Assembly: GCA_045654805.1 (NCBI GenBank)
Contig: JAZOOD010000029.1
Span: forward strand, 2,364 to 66,363
Direction of reading: 5' to 3'
Source: Clostridia bacterium
GTDB lineage: Bacteria > Bacillota > Clostridia > Monoglobales > Firm-18
DNA: 64,000 bases
The notes below the pieces were generated by a model. The model was not told where the DNA came from. It worked only from the letters and a program-made list of their open reading frames with translations, and searched no databases. Positions 1 to 8,622 of the stretch are shown here, in pieces; position 1 is the stretch's first letter; the number at the start of each line of letters is the position of its first letter. Position numbers and translations under genes: made by a program.

Positions 1-79
1 TATATGACTGCAAAGTGTTTGCAGATACTTTTTTATCAGATACGAGATAATCTGAAAAATTATCTAACATATTTACCAT
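1..79 (-). CDS. XerC/XerD-type tyrosine recombinase, N-terminal fragment (gene runs off the window)
   Basis: Reverse-strand ATG at 79 sits behind AAAGGAGA. The translation MVNMLDNFSDYLVSDKKVSANTLQSY matches the F..YL...K.S.NTL.SY N-terminal signature of Xer recombinases. Only 26 codons are visible. Confidence 0.6.
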   Translation of the reverse strand, partial: MVNMLDNFSDYLVSDKKVSANTLQSY

Positions 80-244
80 AATCCATTCTCCTTTGATTTA
101 TGTAAACACAAAAATACGTGGAATTTTATTTTACAACAATTTTTTTTGTTTGTACAGACTTTTTTAAAATAAATTCAACAAAAAAAATTACAAAATTTGG
201 TGATATTTTACACCTATACTATATATAGTTATTTGAGTAGTCAA

Positions 245-838
245 TCAACTACAAATTAAACGTATAAGCACAGGAATTATAAGAACATCTGCAGCAACTG
301 AAAATAAGGATATTAAAAACAGAAAGACAAAAATCAAAATGTATGCAGCGTAATTACTATCCTTGTATTTTTTATTTCTACAATTATTAACAGCAACTAC
401 GGCAAGAGCTACATAAATCGGAATATTTATTAAAAATGCAAATATCACCGAAATCATTGTAATAACTAATCCTTGCCCACCAAAACAAAGAGACATATAA
501 CTAATAGTAAAACCTATGGAAAATCCGTAACTGAATAGTGCGCCAAATGCCAAAGGAAGCAAAAACGCAGAAAGCCCTCCCACAAGAATAAATAGAAAAA
601 ATCTTAAATTTTTAAGAAAGGATGTCATTAAAATTTGCGATTTGTCAAATGCACCATCTGAAAATTCCTCTATCAAGGCTCCAATTTCCTGCGTAAGATC
701 TTCAGACAAAGATTCGGGCACACTTTGAGAAAAGAAAAAACCCGTAATAATGCCTACAGCAAATATAGAAAGTACAATAATGTATTTAAGAATATTTTCT
801 TCTATATGCTTTGTAAACATCTGTTTGATTTGATACAT
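245..838 (-). CDS. spoIIM: Stage II sporulation protein M (SpoIIM-like polytopic membrane protein)
   Basis: 197 aa with multiple hydrophobic helices. GGAGGA lies 7 nt upstream of the ATG. Size and topology are typical of SpoIIM, and it is adjacent to the xer gene. Confidence 0.6.
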   Translation of the reverse strand: MYQIKQMFTKHIEENILKYIIVLSIFAVGIITGFFFSQSVPESLSEDLTQEIGALIEEFSDGAFDKSQILMTSFLKNLRFFLFILVGGLSAFLLPLAFGALFSYGFSIGFTISYMSLCFGGQGLVITMISVIFAFLINIPIYVALAVVAVNNCRNKKYKDSNYAAYILIFVFLFLISLFSVAADVLIIPVLIRLICS

Positions 839-898
839 TTTTTATCCTCCGAATAGTTTTATAAGACATAATATGATTATTTGGAGGAAAATATGCAA

Positions 899-935
899 AA
901 GCCGCAACGAGTAATCACAACCGTTACGGCTTTGT
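899..935 (-). terminator. Intrinsic terminator after the hydrogenase gene
   Basis: Imperfect hairpin gccgtaacgg...cgttgcggc on the minus strand, followed by ttttgcatatttt. Confidence 0.45.
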
Positions 936-955
936 CTAAAATATCATTTTACGTG

Positions 956-2398
956 TTAGGGCAATTTGATTGTTGATTGCTTAGCTTCTGTAATAGTCTT
1001 TACACTTGATTCCCTGCCATAGCTATCCACCTCATTTTTATTTCTTGCTACATGGGTAAGGCATCCTGCCCCACCTACACAGCCTCCCACGCAAGCCATG
1101 CCCTCAATAAAATTGTTTGGGAGAACTCCCTTCGATGCTTTAAGCAAGGCAATTTTACATTCATCAATACCATTACATACAATAGGTGAATATGTAAAAT
1201 TATCAGCCTTATGTTCTTTAAGCCCCTGAGCGACTGCTTCTGCGAGGCCCCCGCTTCTTGCAAAAATTCTACCAAAGTATGAGGCTCCTCTGAAATCTCT
1301 TTCTTCAAAATTCTCAATATCAAAATCACGACTGTCAAAAAGAGCCTGCAATTCTTCAAATGTCAACACACAGTCTATATAATCTTTTACTGTATCAAGC
1401 TGAAATTCCATCTTCTTGGCAGTACATGGTCCAATAAAAATAACTTTTGCATTTTTATCATTTTCCTTTATATATTTACCCATTACAGCCATTGGTGACA
1501 GGTTTGTCGAAACATGGTCCATAAGTTGCGGGAAGTTTTTGCTTACATAATCTACAAATGCAGGACAACAAGAACTTGTAAGGAAGCTGTCACATTCAGC
1601 AAGTTCCTTGGATTCTTCAAAAGCAACCATATCAGCACCCAAAGCAGCTTCAACAACATCGTAAAAGCCAAGTTCATAAATTGCAGAAATTATTTGTCCA
1701 AGCTTTGCGTAAGTAAACTGACCTGCTACAGACGGGGCAACTATCGCATAAACATTGTAGGCAGTATTATTATCACTCTTTTTGATAATATCAATAGCCT
1801 CAAGAATGAAGGATTTGTCACTTATTGCGCCGAATGGACAATGATAAACGCACGCACCACAGGAAATACACTTTTCATTTTCAATTTTTGCCTCTCCCGT
1901 TTCGCCCATATGTATAGCTCTTACCTTACAAGCATTTTCACAAGGGCGCGTCCTGTTTATAATTGCCTGATATGGACAAACTTTCGCACACGCGCCGCAA
2001 TTTACACACTTTGACTTATCTATAATTGCTTTGTGGTTTTCGTCATGTGTAATAGCTCCTTTTCTGCAAGCATCTTCACATCTGTGAGCCAGACAGCCTC
2101 GACAGGCATCTGATATATCATATCCGCTTTCGGGACATTCGTCACAAGCTATATCTATCACTTCAATTACATTCTTGTTATCTTTGTCCCCTCCCATTGC
2201 AAGCCTTATACGCTCAGAAAGAATTGCCCTTTCCTTGTATACGCAACAACGCATTGTGGCTTCTTTAGAACTAATAATCTGTTTTGGAAGTTTATATATT
2301 GCATCATAAATAGTGTCATTCCACGCATTTCTTGCTACTTCACGTAAAACCTTGTACTTCAGGTGTTGAACCTTGGTATCAAATTTCTTTACTTTCAT
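956..2398 (-). CDS. Monomeric [FeFe] hydrogenase, group B type, with two ferredoxin-like 4Fe-4S motifs
   Basis: H-cluster motifs TSSCCP, GPCTAKKME and EGMACVGGCVGGAG are present, plus CVNCGACAKVCP and CISCGACVYHCP. SD GGAG lies upstream. Confidence 0.8.
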   Translation of the reverse strand: MKVKKFDTKVQHLKYKVLREVARNAWNDTIYDAIYKLPKQIISSKEATMRCCVYKERAILSERIRLAMGGDKDNKNVIEVIDIACDECPESGYDISDACRGCLAHRCEDACRKGAITHDENHKAIIDKSKCVNCGACAKVCPYQAIINRTRPCENACKVRAIHMGETGEAKIENEKCISCGACVYHCPFGAISDKSFILEAIDIIKKSDNNTAYNVYAIVAPSVAGQFTYAKLGQIISAIYELGFYDVVEAALGADMVAFEESKELAECDSFLTSSCCPAFVDYVSKNFPQLMDHVSTNLSPMAVMGKYIKENDKNAKVIFIGPCTAKKMEFQLDTVKDYIDCVLTFEELQALFDSRDFDIENFEERDFRGASYFGRIFARSGGLAEAVAQGLKEHKADNFTYSPIVCNGIDECKIALLKASKGVLPNNFIEGMACVGGCVGGAGCLTHVARNKNEVDSYGRESSVKTITEAKQSTIKLP

Positions 2399-2414
2399 AC
2401 TTTTCTCCTTTGAA

Positions 2415-2951
2415 TTAATTTTTTACGAATCCTCTTTTAACAAGGGGGACAATTATCATAGCTATAAATCCGCCAATCAATGCTGTAATCAGCTGATTTA
2501 TTCCAAACATTGCAGTAAGTTTAGCTCCCATCTGTGATGGTATATTTGATAAAGGCAAAACTACCGATGTAACTAAGATACTGAGGACGATATATTTTAA
2601 AACAGCACTTATTACAATAAACACTATCCACTTTAAGCGTTTAAGTTTTTCAAAATTTATCTTTTTCATCACACCATAAGAAAGAACATACACCAAATTC
2701 CCTGCAGCAATTGCCGGAATAATCTGAATAAGTGCAGGGCCAATACCAAACAATTTTGCTGCAAATGGTGAAATAATCGCAACCATAATTCCCGTCCATG
2801 TCCCTGCTGAAAGACACGATACTATCAAGACAAGATTAACCATACTTCCGGTAACAAACTGCCCCATACTTGCTGTTGCAAACTGTAATACCAACAAAAG
2901 TGCAATAAAAATTGCCGTACGTGTAATGAATTTTACTTTTTTATTTCTCAT
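2415..2951 (-). CDS. ECF transporter S component (substrate unknown)
   Basis: 178 aa with about 6 TM helices. The N-terminus KFITRTAIFIALLLVLQ is typical of ECF S components. It ends 16 nt upstream of the hydrogenase start, so the two are probably co-transcribed. Confidence 0.65.
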   Translation of the reverse strand: MRNKKVKFITRTAIFIALLLVLQFATASMGQFVTGSMVNLVLIVSCLSAGTWTGIMVAIISPFAAKLFGIGPALIQIIPAIAAGNLVYVLSYGVMKKINFEKLKRLKWIVFIVISAVLKYIVLSILVTSVVLPLSNIPSQMGAKLTAMFGINQLITALIGGFIAMIIVPLVKRGFVKN

Positions 2952-3138
2952 ACTATTCTCCTGAAGTTTAATATTTTGTCTGCAAAAGACATAGCAATTT
3001 TAACATAGTATCTCATATAATGTCAATATAAGTATATAAATAAATCTCATAATAAATTTTAGAAAAACTACTAAAATAAAAAAGAGCGTCCCCTACAAGT
3101 GATTTTTCACCAAACCGAGGAATGCTCTTTATTTTTAT

Positions 3139-4632
3139 TTAGTTATCGTTATTTTTATCCGTAGCGATTTCGAAAATCTTTTCAATTTCTGCAGATGGCT
3201 TTTTGTCTGCAACGGACACAATAACAGCTACTATCAAGCATGCGATAAAGCCAGGTAAGATTTCATACACACCTGTTGACGCACTTAATTTCAACAACCA
3301 AATGATATCTACAATCGCGCCACTTATAATACCTGCAATTGCCCCCTTATAAGTAAATCTCTTCCAAAACAAAGAAAGAATAACAACAGGTCCAAATGCC
3401 GCACCAAACAGGCCCCATGCATTTTCGACCATACTCATAATAGCCTGTGCACCGGATCCTTTATTACTTGCAATAAAATAAGCAACAATTGAAACAATAA
3501 CTACTACAATTCTGCCAACCCAAAGAAGTTCCTTGTCAGATGCCTGTTTTCTAATAATAGGCTTGTAAATATCACTTGTAAATGAAGAAGACGCAACCAA
3601 AAGCTGTGAATCAGCAGTGGACATAGATGCAGCAATAATAGCTGCAAGCAACAAACCTGCGATAAAACCTGGGAATAATCTCCTTGCCAAAGTAACAAAT
3701 ACCATTTCCTGTTTGCCAGCCATAAGCAATTCTCCGCCAATCAGCATTCTTCCAAAATAAGCAATTAAAATTGCAGCAAGCAAAGTAATTACTACCCATA
3801 CAATAGCAACTGTTGCAGACTTTTTAATCATACTTGGTTTCTCAATAGACATAAATCTTACTAAAATATGAGGCATACCAAAATATCCAAGTCCCCACGC
3901 AAGTCCCGAAGCAATCTCCTGCCAGCTTGCATTAAACAAATTAGTTGTAAAGGCATAGGTTGTTCCTTCATATGTATAAACAACATCCAATGCCGCAAAA
4001 TCCATTGTTTGTGTAAATACAATAATAATCGGTACCGCCATAAGGGTAACCAACATCAAAAGACCCTGAAAAAAGTCTGTCCAACAAACAGCCTTGTATC
4101 CACCCATAAATGTGTAAACCAAAATAATTACTGCAAAAATAATCATTGCAATATCATCCGTCAGCGAAGGGAACAAAGTAACAAACACCTTTGTACCTGC
4201 TGAAAAAGCCGAAGCTACATAAAGTGTAAAACTTATCAAAAAAACTACTGCACAGATAATCTTAAGTGTAGGATTTGCTGTTGCAAATCTGTTTGAAAGA
4301 TACTGTGGAAATGTGATTGAATCTCCTGCCGCCTTTGAAAATTTACGCAATCTTTTTGCAATAAAAATCCAGTTAAGTGCTGTGCCGATTGCAAGTCCAA
4401 TACCTATCCAGGCTTTTCCTAAACCGAAAGCCAGAATACTACCTGGCAACCCCATCAAAAGCCATGCACTCATATCCGAAGCCTGAGCACTCATTGCAGT
4501 AACCCACGGCCCCATAGATCTTCCGCCTAAAAAATATTCCTTTTCACCATTATCCTTTGTCCTTACAAAGAACCATACACCAATTGCAAGCATCGCTACA
4601 AAGTAAAGGACAAAAGCTAAAACTTCTCCCAT
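3139..4632 (-). CDS. putP: Sodium:solute symporter family protein, PutP-like sodium/proline symporter
   Basis: 497 aa polytopic protein. The N-terminal YFLGGRSMGPWVTAMSAQASDMSAWLLMGLPG is characteristic of SSS/PutP. SD AAGGAG is present. Confidence 0.8.
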   Translation of the reverse strand: MGEVLAFVLYFVAMLAIGVWFFVRTKDNGEKEYFLGGRSMGPWVTAMSAQASDMSAWLLMGLPGSILAFGLGKAWIGIGLAIGTALNWIFIAKRLRKFSKAAGDSITFPQYLSNRFATANPTLKIICAVVFLISFTLYVASAFSAGTKVFVTLFPSLTDDIAMIIFAVIILVYTFMGGYKAVCWTDFFQGLLMLVTLMAVPIIIVFTQTMDFAALDVVYTYEGTTYAFTTNLFNASWQEIASGLAWGLGYFGMPHILVRFMSIEKPSMIKKSATVAIVWVVITLLAAILIAYFGRMLIGGELLMAGKQEMVFVTLARRLFPGFIAGLLLAAIIAASMSTADSQLLVASSSFTSDIYKPIIRKQASDKELLWVGRIVVVIVSIVAYFIASNKGSGAQAIMSMVENAWGLFGAAFGPVVILSLFWKRFTYKGAIAGIISGAIVDIIWLLKLSASTGVYEILPGFIACLIVAVIVSVADKKPSAEIEKIFEIATDKNNDN

Positions 4633-4687
4633 TTTTATTCACTCCTTACTAAATCTACCGAGGACACAATTCCTCGCAATGAGTCTT

Positions 4688-4716
4688 ATTGTATCATACT
4701 TTCTATAAGAATGCAA
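4688..4716 (-). promoter_or_regulatory. putP promoter (TTGCAT-17-TACAAT with TGn extended -10)
   Basis: The minus strand reads ttgcat tcttatagaaagtatga tacaat, about 55 nt upstream of the putP SD. Confidence 0.55.
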
Positions 4717-4725
4717 TACAGAATA

Positions 4726-4749
4726 TAGTATAGACTATAGTCTATACTA
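4726..4749. promoter_or_regulatory. 24-bp perfect palindrome, candidate operator for the adjacent TetR regulator
   Basis: TAGTATAGACTA|TAGTCTATACTA is a perfect inverted repeat. It lies 10 nt upstream of the putP -35 and 77 nt downstream of the TetR stop. Confidence 0.5.
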
Positions 4750-4826
4750 GGTTTTCAAACAACTATATTTTATATATCGTTATAAGCAGACTAAAATCCA
4801 TACTAATATTTATAACCAAATCAAAC

Positions 4827-5411
4827 TTATAGCTTTATATAATTCAAAAACAAAGGCATAACTGTTTTGGAATAGTTTTTCAAGGAATAATCACCATTGC
4901 ATAGGCACCAGTCATAAATCAGGGAACGTTCACACATTGCATATATTTTTACAATTTCATTTACTGACATTTCCTGAGTAAGCTCTCCCTTTTTTTGTCC
5001 ATCAGTTACAATTTTCCTTAAAAGCTTATAATAAAGTCGCTTATTATCAAGGAGATGTTTTTGCCCCTTTGTTGTCAGTTGAGTGGAGTAAAGTCTTGTC
5101 AAAAGGTCCATATCTATGCGTTCCTCTATCATTTCAAAAAGCTTTGTGTTAAGATACAGGAGCTTATCAAAGCTATTCATATTCTCATCAATTTCCGCCT
5201 GAAGTTTTTCGTATTCTTCATCAAATATGTAGGAAAGAGAACCCAAAAGTGCATCCTTGCCCTCAAAATAATGATAAAATGACCCCTTTGATGTACCGGA
5301 CTTTTCTATGATTTCTTCTATTGTAGTATCATCATAACCCTGCTCATAAAATAAATCCCATGCGGCTGTTATAATTTTACCTTTTGTATTGCGTGTACTC
5401 TTTTTAGCCAT
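4827..5411 (-). CDS. TetR/AcrR family transcriptional regulator
   Basis: MAKKSTRNTKGKIITAAWDLFYEQGYDDTTIEEIIEKSGTSKGSFYHYF is a TetR HTH. The start was moved to the ATG at 5411 behind GGAGGAAT. The ORF-track extension to 5546 has no support. Confidence 0.85.
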   Translation of the reverse strand: MAKKSTRNTKGKIITAAWDLFYEQGYDDTTIEEIIEKSGTSKGSFYHYFEGKDALLGSLSYIFDEEYEKLQAEIDENMNSFDKLLYLNTKLFEMIEERIDMDLLTRLYSTQLTTKGQKHLLDNKRLYYKLLRKIVTDGQKKGELTQEMSVNEIVKIYAMCERSLIYDWCLCNGDYSLKNYSKTVMPLFLNYIKL

Positions 5412-5438
5412 ACAAATTCCTCCATATATATTTCTTAT

Positions 5439-5468
5439 AGTATATCGTTTTTGGAATGGAATAGTCAA
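5439..5468 (-). promoter_or_regulatory. Candidate promoter of the TetR gene (TTGACT-18-TATACT)
   Basis: The minus strand reads ttgact attccattccaaaaacga tatact, about 25 nt upstream of the SD. Confidence 0.4.
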
Positions 5469-5500
5469 GATATAAATAATTAGGACCCGATAAATGATAT

Positions 5501-5719
5501 GCTGGGTAAGATAATAAGAAAATATATGTAACGAGTATCTCCCCATGCTGTGAAAAGGACATTACAGCAAAATATCAACGGATATTGGCAGAACATAATA
5601 TTACAAAGAGTATGTCTCGTAAAGACAATTGTATGGATAATAAAACAATAGAAAAACTTAAAAAGAATGAGTTCGGTATTGTACCGTACTCATTCACAAT
5701 TAAATTAACGTTTAATTTT
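5501..5719 (+). pseudogene. IS3-family transposase C-terminal remnant, copy A (internally deleted)
   Basis: Reads ...QSMSRKDNCMDN... and then jumps to a degenerate ...SFTIKLTFNF end. It aligns by eye with the copies at 8284 and 16998. It is broken by stops and lacks about 150 bp relative to them. Confidence 0.6.
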
Positions 5720-5795
5720 ATCTAAATTTTAGATTGACTTCACAAAACACATATCCTTATTTTTCAATATAACTATGATTTAAAATATAAATATC

Positions 5796-6374
5796 TCAAA
5801 ATTTCATCAAATTCTTAAGTCCATATTTTATTTTTTCTTCTACAGAATATTCTGCCGGCACATCACGGAGTGCATTTATAATTTCCGCCTGATTATATCC
5901 TAATGCCATCAGTGCATTAACTGTATCATCTTCTTCAGAAACCAATGGTGCGGAGTAATTAGAGGGCTTAATGTCTTGATTTTTAATTTTATCTTTTAAT
6001 TCAAGAATAATTTTTTGTGCCATTTTGTTGCCGACCCCCTGTGCGGCAGTAATTACCTTGGATTGATTTGTAACTATTGCTATTGCAAGTTCTGATGCAG
6101 TAACACAAGAAAGTATGGCAACAGCTGCCTTTGGTCCCACCCCGCTTACGGATATTAAAAGCTCAAATGCGGAGCGTTCCTCAATAGTTGAAAAACCGTA
6201 AAGGTCAAATATATCTTCCCTTACATACAAATATGTATAAAAAGTCACTTCCCCGTCCTTAATGTCTCCAAGAGTGCTTTTTGTGGTTATGATTTTATAT
6301 CCTATGCCGTTTGATTCCACAACTGCATAGCTTTCTGCTTTTCTTACAAGCTTTCCTTTAATATAATCGTACAT
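5796..6374 (-). CDS. ruvA: Holliday junction branch migration complex subunit RuvA
   Basis: MYDYIKGKL...GIGYKI...LISVSGVGPKAA, 192 aa, immediately downstream of ruvC. Confidence 0.9.
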   Translation of the reverse strand: MYDYIKGKLVRKAESYAVVESNGIGYKIITTKSTLGDIKDGEVTFYTYLYVREDIFDLYGFSTIEERSAFELLISVSGVGPKAAVAILSCVTASELAIAIVTNQSKVITAAQGVGNKMAQKIILELKDKIKNQDIKPSNYSAPLVSEEDDTVNALMALGYNQAEIINALRDVPAEYSVEEKIKYGLKNLMKF

Positions 6375-6386
6375 AATAAACCCTCT

Positions 6387-6902
6387 TTATCTGTTTTTTA
6401 ATGATGTTATAAGCCTGTTCACTCCACCGCCGGCATGTGCGTGACAAATTGCAATAGCCAAAGCATCCGCGGTATCATCAGGTTTTGGTACTTCCTTAAG
6501 CCCAAGTATATTTTTTACCATTTGCTGTACTTGTTTTTTCTCTGCCCGTCCATATCCTACCACACCCTGTTTGACTTGCAAAGGCGTATATTCAAAAACA
6601 GGTATGTTGTGATTTTCCCCCGCTAATATCAATACTCCTCTTGCCTGACCTACATTTATAACTGTCTTTGCATTGTTGTTATAAAAAAGCTCCTCAATAG
6701 CCATCTCGTCCGGCTTATATTTTTCAATAACATATGTTAGGTCATCATAAATCATTTTAAGTCTTGATGGAACAGGCGTATGTGCAGGAGATGTTATTGC
6801 ACCATAATCAATTACCTTAAAATTGACATTATCATATTCAATTACCCCAAAACCCACTATTGCTATACCGGGGTCTATTCCGAGAATTCTCAAAATGTTC
6901 AC
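6387..6902 (-). CDS. ruvC: Crossover junction endodeoxyribonuclease RuvC
   Basis: RILGIDPGIAIVGFGVIE... and C-terminal DTADALAIAICH. The ORF begins at GTG 6902. TTG at 6893 (AAGGTGA plus 5 nt, giving MRILGIDPG) is an equally likely true start. Confidence 0.85.
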   Translation of the reverse strand: MNILRILGIDPGIAIVGFGVIEYDNVNFKVIDYGAITSPAHTPVPSRLKMIYDDLTYVIEKYKPDEMAIEELFYNNNAKTVINVGQARGVLILAGENHNIPVFEYTPLQVKQGVVGYGRAEKKQVQQMVKNILGLKEVPKPDDTADALAIAICHAHAGGGVNRLITSLKNR

Positions 6903-6993
6903 CTTTTTCTTGTTGCTTTTTTTCTATACAAGTATTATAATTATTATAACATCGAAAAGATTTTAATACAAGAAAAATTTACGGAGGTATGTT

Positions 6994-7671
6994 ATGGCAA
7001 AAAACAAAAACACAACTAACAAAACCATAAACATATTAATAGCGGCTTGTACTGTTGCAATTATTACACTCGCAATACTCATAGCTGTTGCGATAACAGG
7101 TGACAAGGAAATTGCTATGGCAAAGGAAATTGCCAAGCTTAACATTTCTGAAAACCCCATTGCCACGATAAAAATGGAAAATGGCGATGAAATAAAGGTG
7201 GAACTTTATCCTAAGATTGCACCAAATACAGTTTGCAATTTTATTGAGCTTGCAAACAGCGGATTTTATGACAGTTTAATGTTCCATCGTTGTATAGAAG
7301 GCTTTATGATTCAGGGTGGTGACCCTGAGGGGACAGGAATTGGTGGTCCAGGATATACAATAAAGGGGGAGTTTACTGCTAATGGGTTTGAAAACAATCT
7401 CCGTCACGAACGAGGTGTAATATCAATGGCAAGACAGACTCTACCTCTTGACAGCGCAGGCAGTCAATTCTTTATAATGGTCGCCGATGCAACACATCTT
7501 GATGGTCAATATGCTGCATTTGGAAAGGTTATAGAAGGTATGGATGTTGTAGATGCAATTGTTGCCAATGAAACAGACTCCAACGACAAACCAATTGTTC
7601 CTCAGATTATACAATCAATTAAAGTAGATACAAAGGGAATTGAATATCCCGAAGCACAAAAAATCAATTAA
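6994..7671 (+). CDS. Cyclophilin-type peptidyl-prolyl cis-trans isomerase with an N-terminal membrane anchor
   Basis: A TM segment (INILIAACTVAIITLAILIAVAI) is followed by FHRCIEGFMIQGGDPEGTGIGGPGY and SQFFIM. SD GGAGG is present. Confidence 0.85.
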   Translation: MAKNKNTTNKTINILIAACTVAIITLAILIAVAITGDKEIAMAKEIAKLNISENPIATIKMENGDEIKVELYPKIAPNTVCNFIELANSGFYDSLMFHRCIEGFMIQGGDPEGTGIGGPGYTIKGEFTANGFENNLRHERGVISMARQTLPLDSAGSQFFIMVADATHLDGQYAAFGKVIEGMDVVDAIVANETDSNDKPIVPQIIQSIKVDTKGIEYPEAQKIN

Positions 7672-7688
7672 TAAAGGAGAATAGTAAA

Positions 7689-8216
7689 ATGAGCAATCCA
7701 ATAGTAACTATTGAAATGGAAAACGGTGCACAGATTAAGGCGGAGCTTTATCCTGAAATTGCACCAAACACTGTTAATAATTTTATATCATTAGTAAAAA
7801 AGGGCTTTTATGACGGATTAATATTTCACCGTTGTATAGAGGATTTTATGATTCAGGGTGGCGACCCACAGGGCACAGGTATAGGTGGCCCCGGATACTG
7901 CATTAAGGGTGAATTTTCAAACAACGGCTTTAAAAATGACCTTAAGCATACAGTAGGTATTCTTTCTATGGCAAGACGGGCTATGCCTCTTGACAGTGCT
8001 GGCAGCCAGTTCTTTATAATGGTTGCAGACTACCCGTTTCTTGATGGGGATTACGCATCTTTTGGTAAGGTAACAGAAGGTATGGACGTTGTTTATAATA
8101 TTGTAAAACAGCCAAAGGATTTTAACGACAAACCAATTGTCCCTCAGGTTATGAAAAGGGTTACAGTTGAAACTTTTGATACAGAATATCCCGAACCTGA
8201 AAAAATATCGGAATAA
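7689..8216 (+). CDS. ppiB: Cytoplasmic cyclophilin-type peptidyl-prolyl isomerase
   Basis: FHRCIEDFMIQGGDPQGTGIGGPGY and SQFFIM. It is a paralogue of the preceding gene without the anchor. Confidence 0.9.
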   Translation: MSNPIVTIEMENGAQIKAELYPEIAPNTVNNFISLVKKGFYDGLIFHRCIEDFMIQGGDPQGTGIGGPGYCIKGEFSNNGFKNDLKHTVGILSMARRAMPLDSAGSQFFIMVADYPFLDGDYASFGKVTEGMDVVYNIVKQPKDFNDKPIVPQVMKRVTVETFDTEYPEPEKISE

Positions 8217-8242
8217 AAATAAAACAGATATGTAAATTGATA

Positions 8243-8283
8243 TGCACTCCAAAAGTCACACACTTTTGGGGTGCACATTTTTT
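8243..8283 (+). terminator. Hairpin plus T6: ppiB terminator and left edge of repeat copy B
   Basis: tgcactccaaaagt-cacac-acttttggggtgca followed by tttttt. A near-identical hairpin occurs at 16956..16997. Confidence 0.7.
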
Positions 8284-8612
8284 ATGGGCAATACAATAAG
8301 AAAATATATGCCATAAGTATCTCCGAGTTATGCAATATGAACATTGTAGAAGAATATCAACGGCTATTAGTCGTTGCACAGAGTATATCTCGTAAAAGCA
8401 ATTGTATGAATAATGGAGCAATGGAAAACGCTTTTAAACAGATTAATAGATGAAATGATTTATTGTCAAAAATTCAAAAGTGTTAATACTTTTATTTATG
8501 AAATTAACAGATATATTGATTACTACAACAATTAAAGAATTCCTATAAAACTAAAAGGAATGAGTCCGGTACAATACCGAACTCATTCACAATCAAATTA
8601 ATATTTAATTTT
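8284..8612 (+). pseudogene. IS3-family transposase C-terminal remnant, copy B
   Basis: Across frames it translates to EEYQRLLVVAQSISRKSNCMNNGAMENAF...YIDYYNN.R...KLKGMSPVQYRTHSQ. This is the IS3 integrase-core tail including the DNxxxE region. It has multiple stops and frameshifts and no N-terminal part. Confidence 0.7.
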
Positions 8613-8622
8613 ATTCTTTCTC

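Noticed and set aside
5412-5546. 45-codon N-terminal extension of the TetR ORF.
   Set aside because: The extension is hydrophobic and low-complexity and overlaps the IS-remnant edge. The internal ATG at 5411 has a strong SD and gives the canonical TetR N-terminus.
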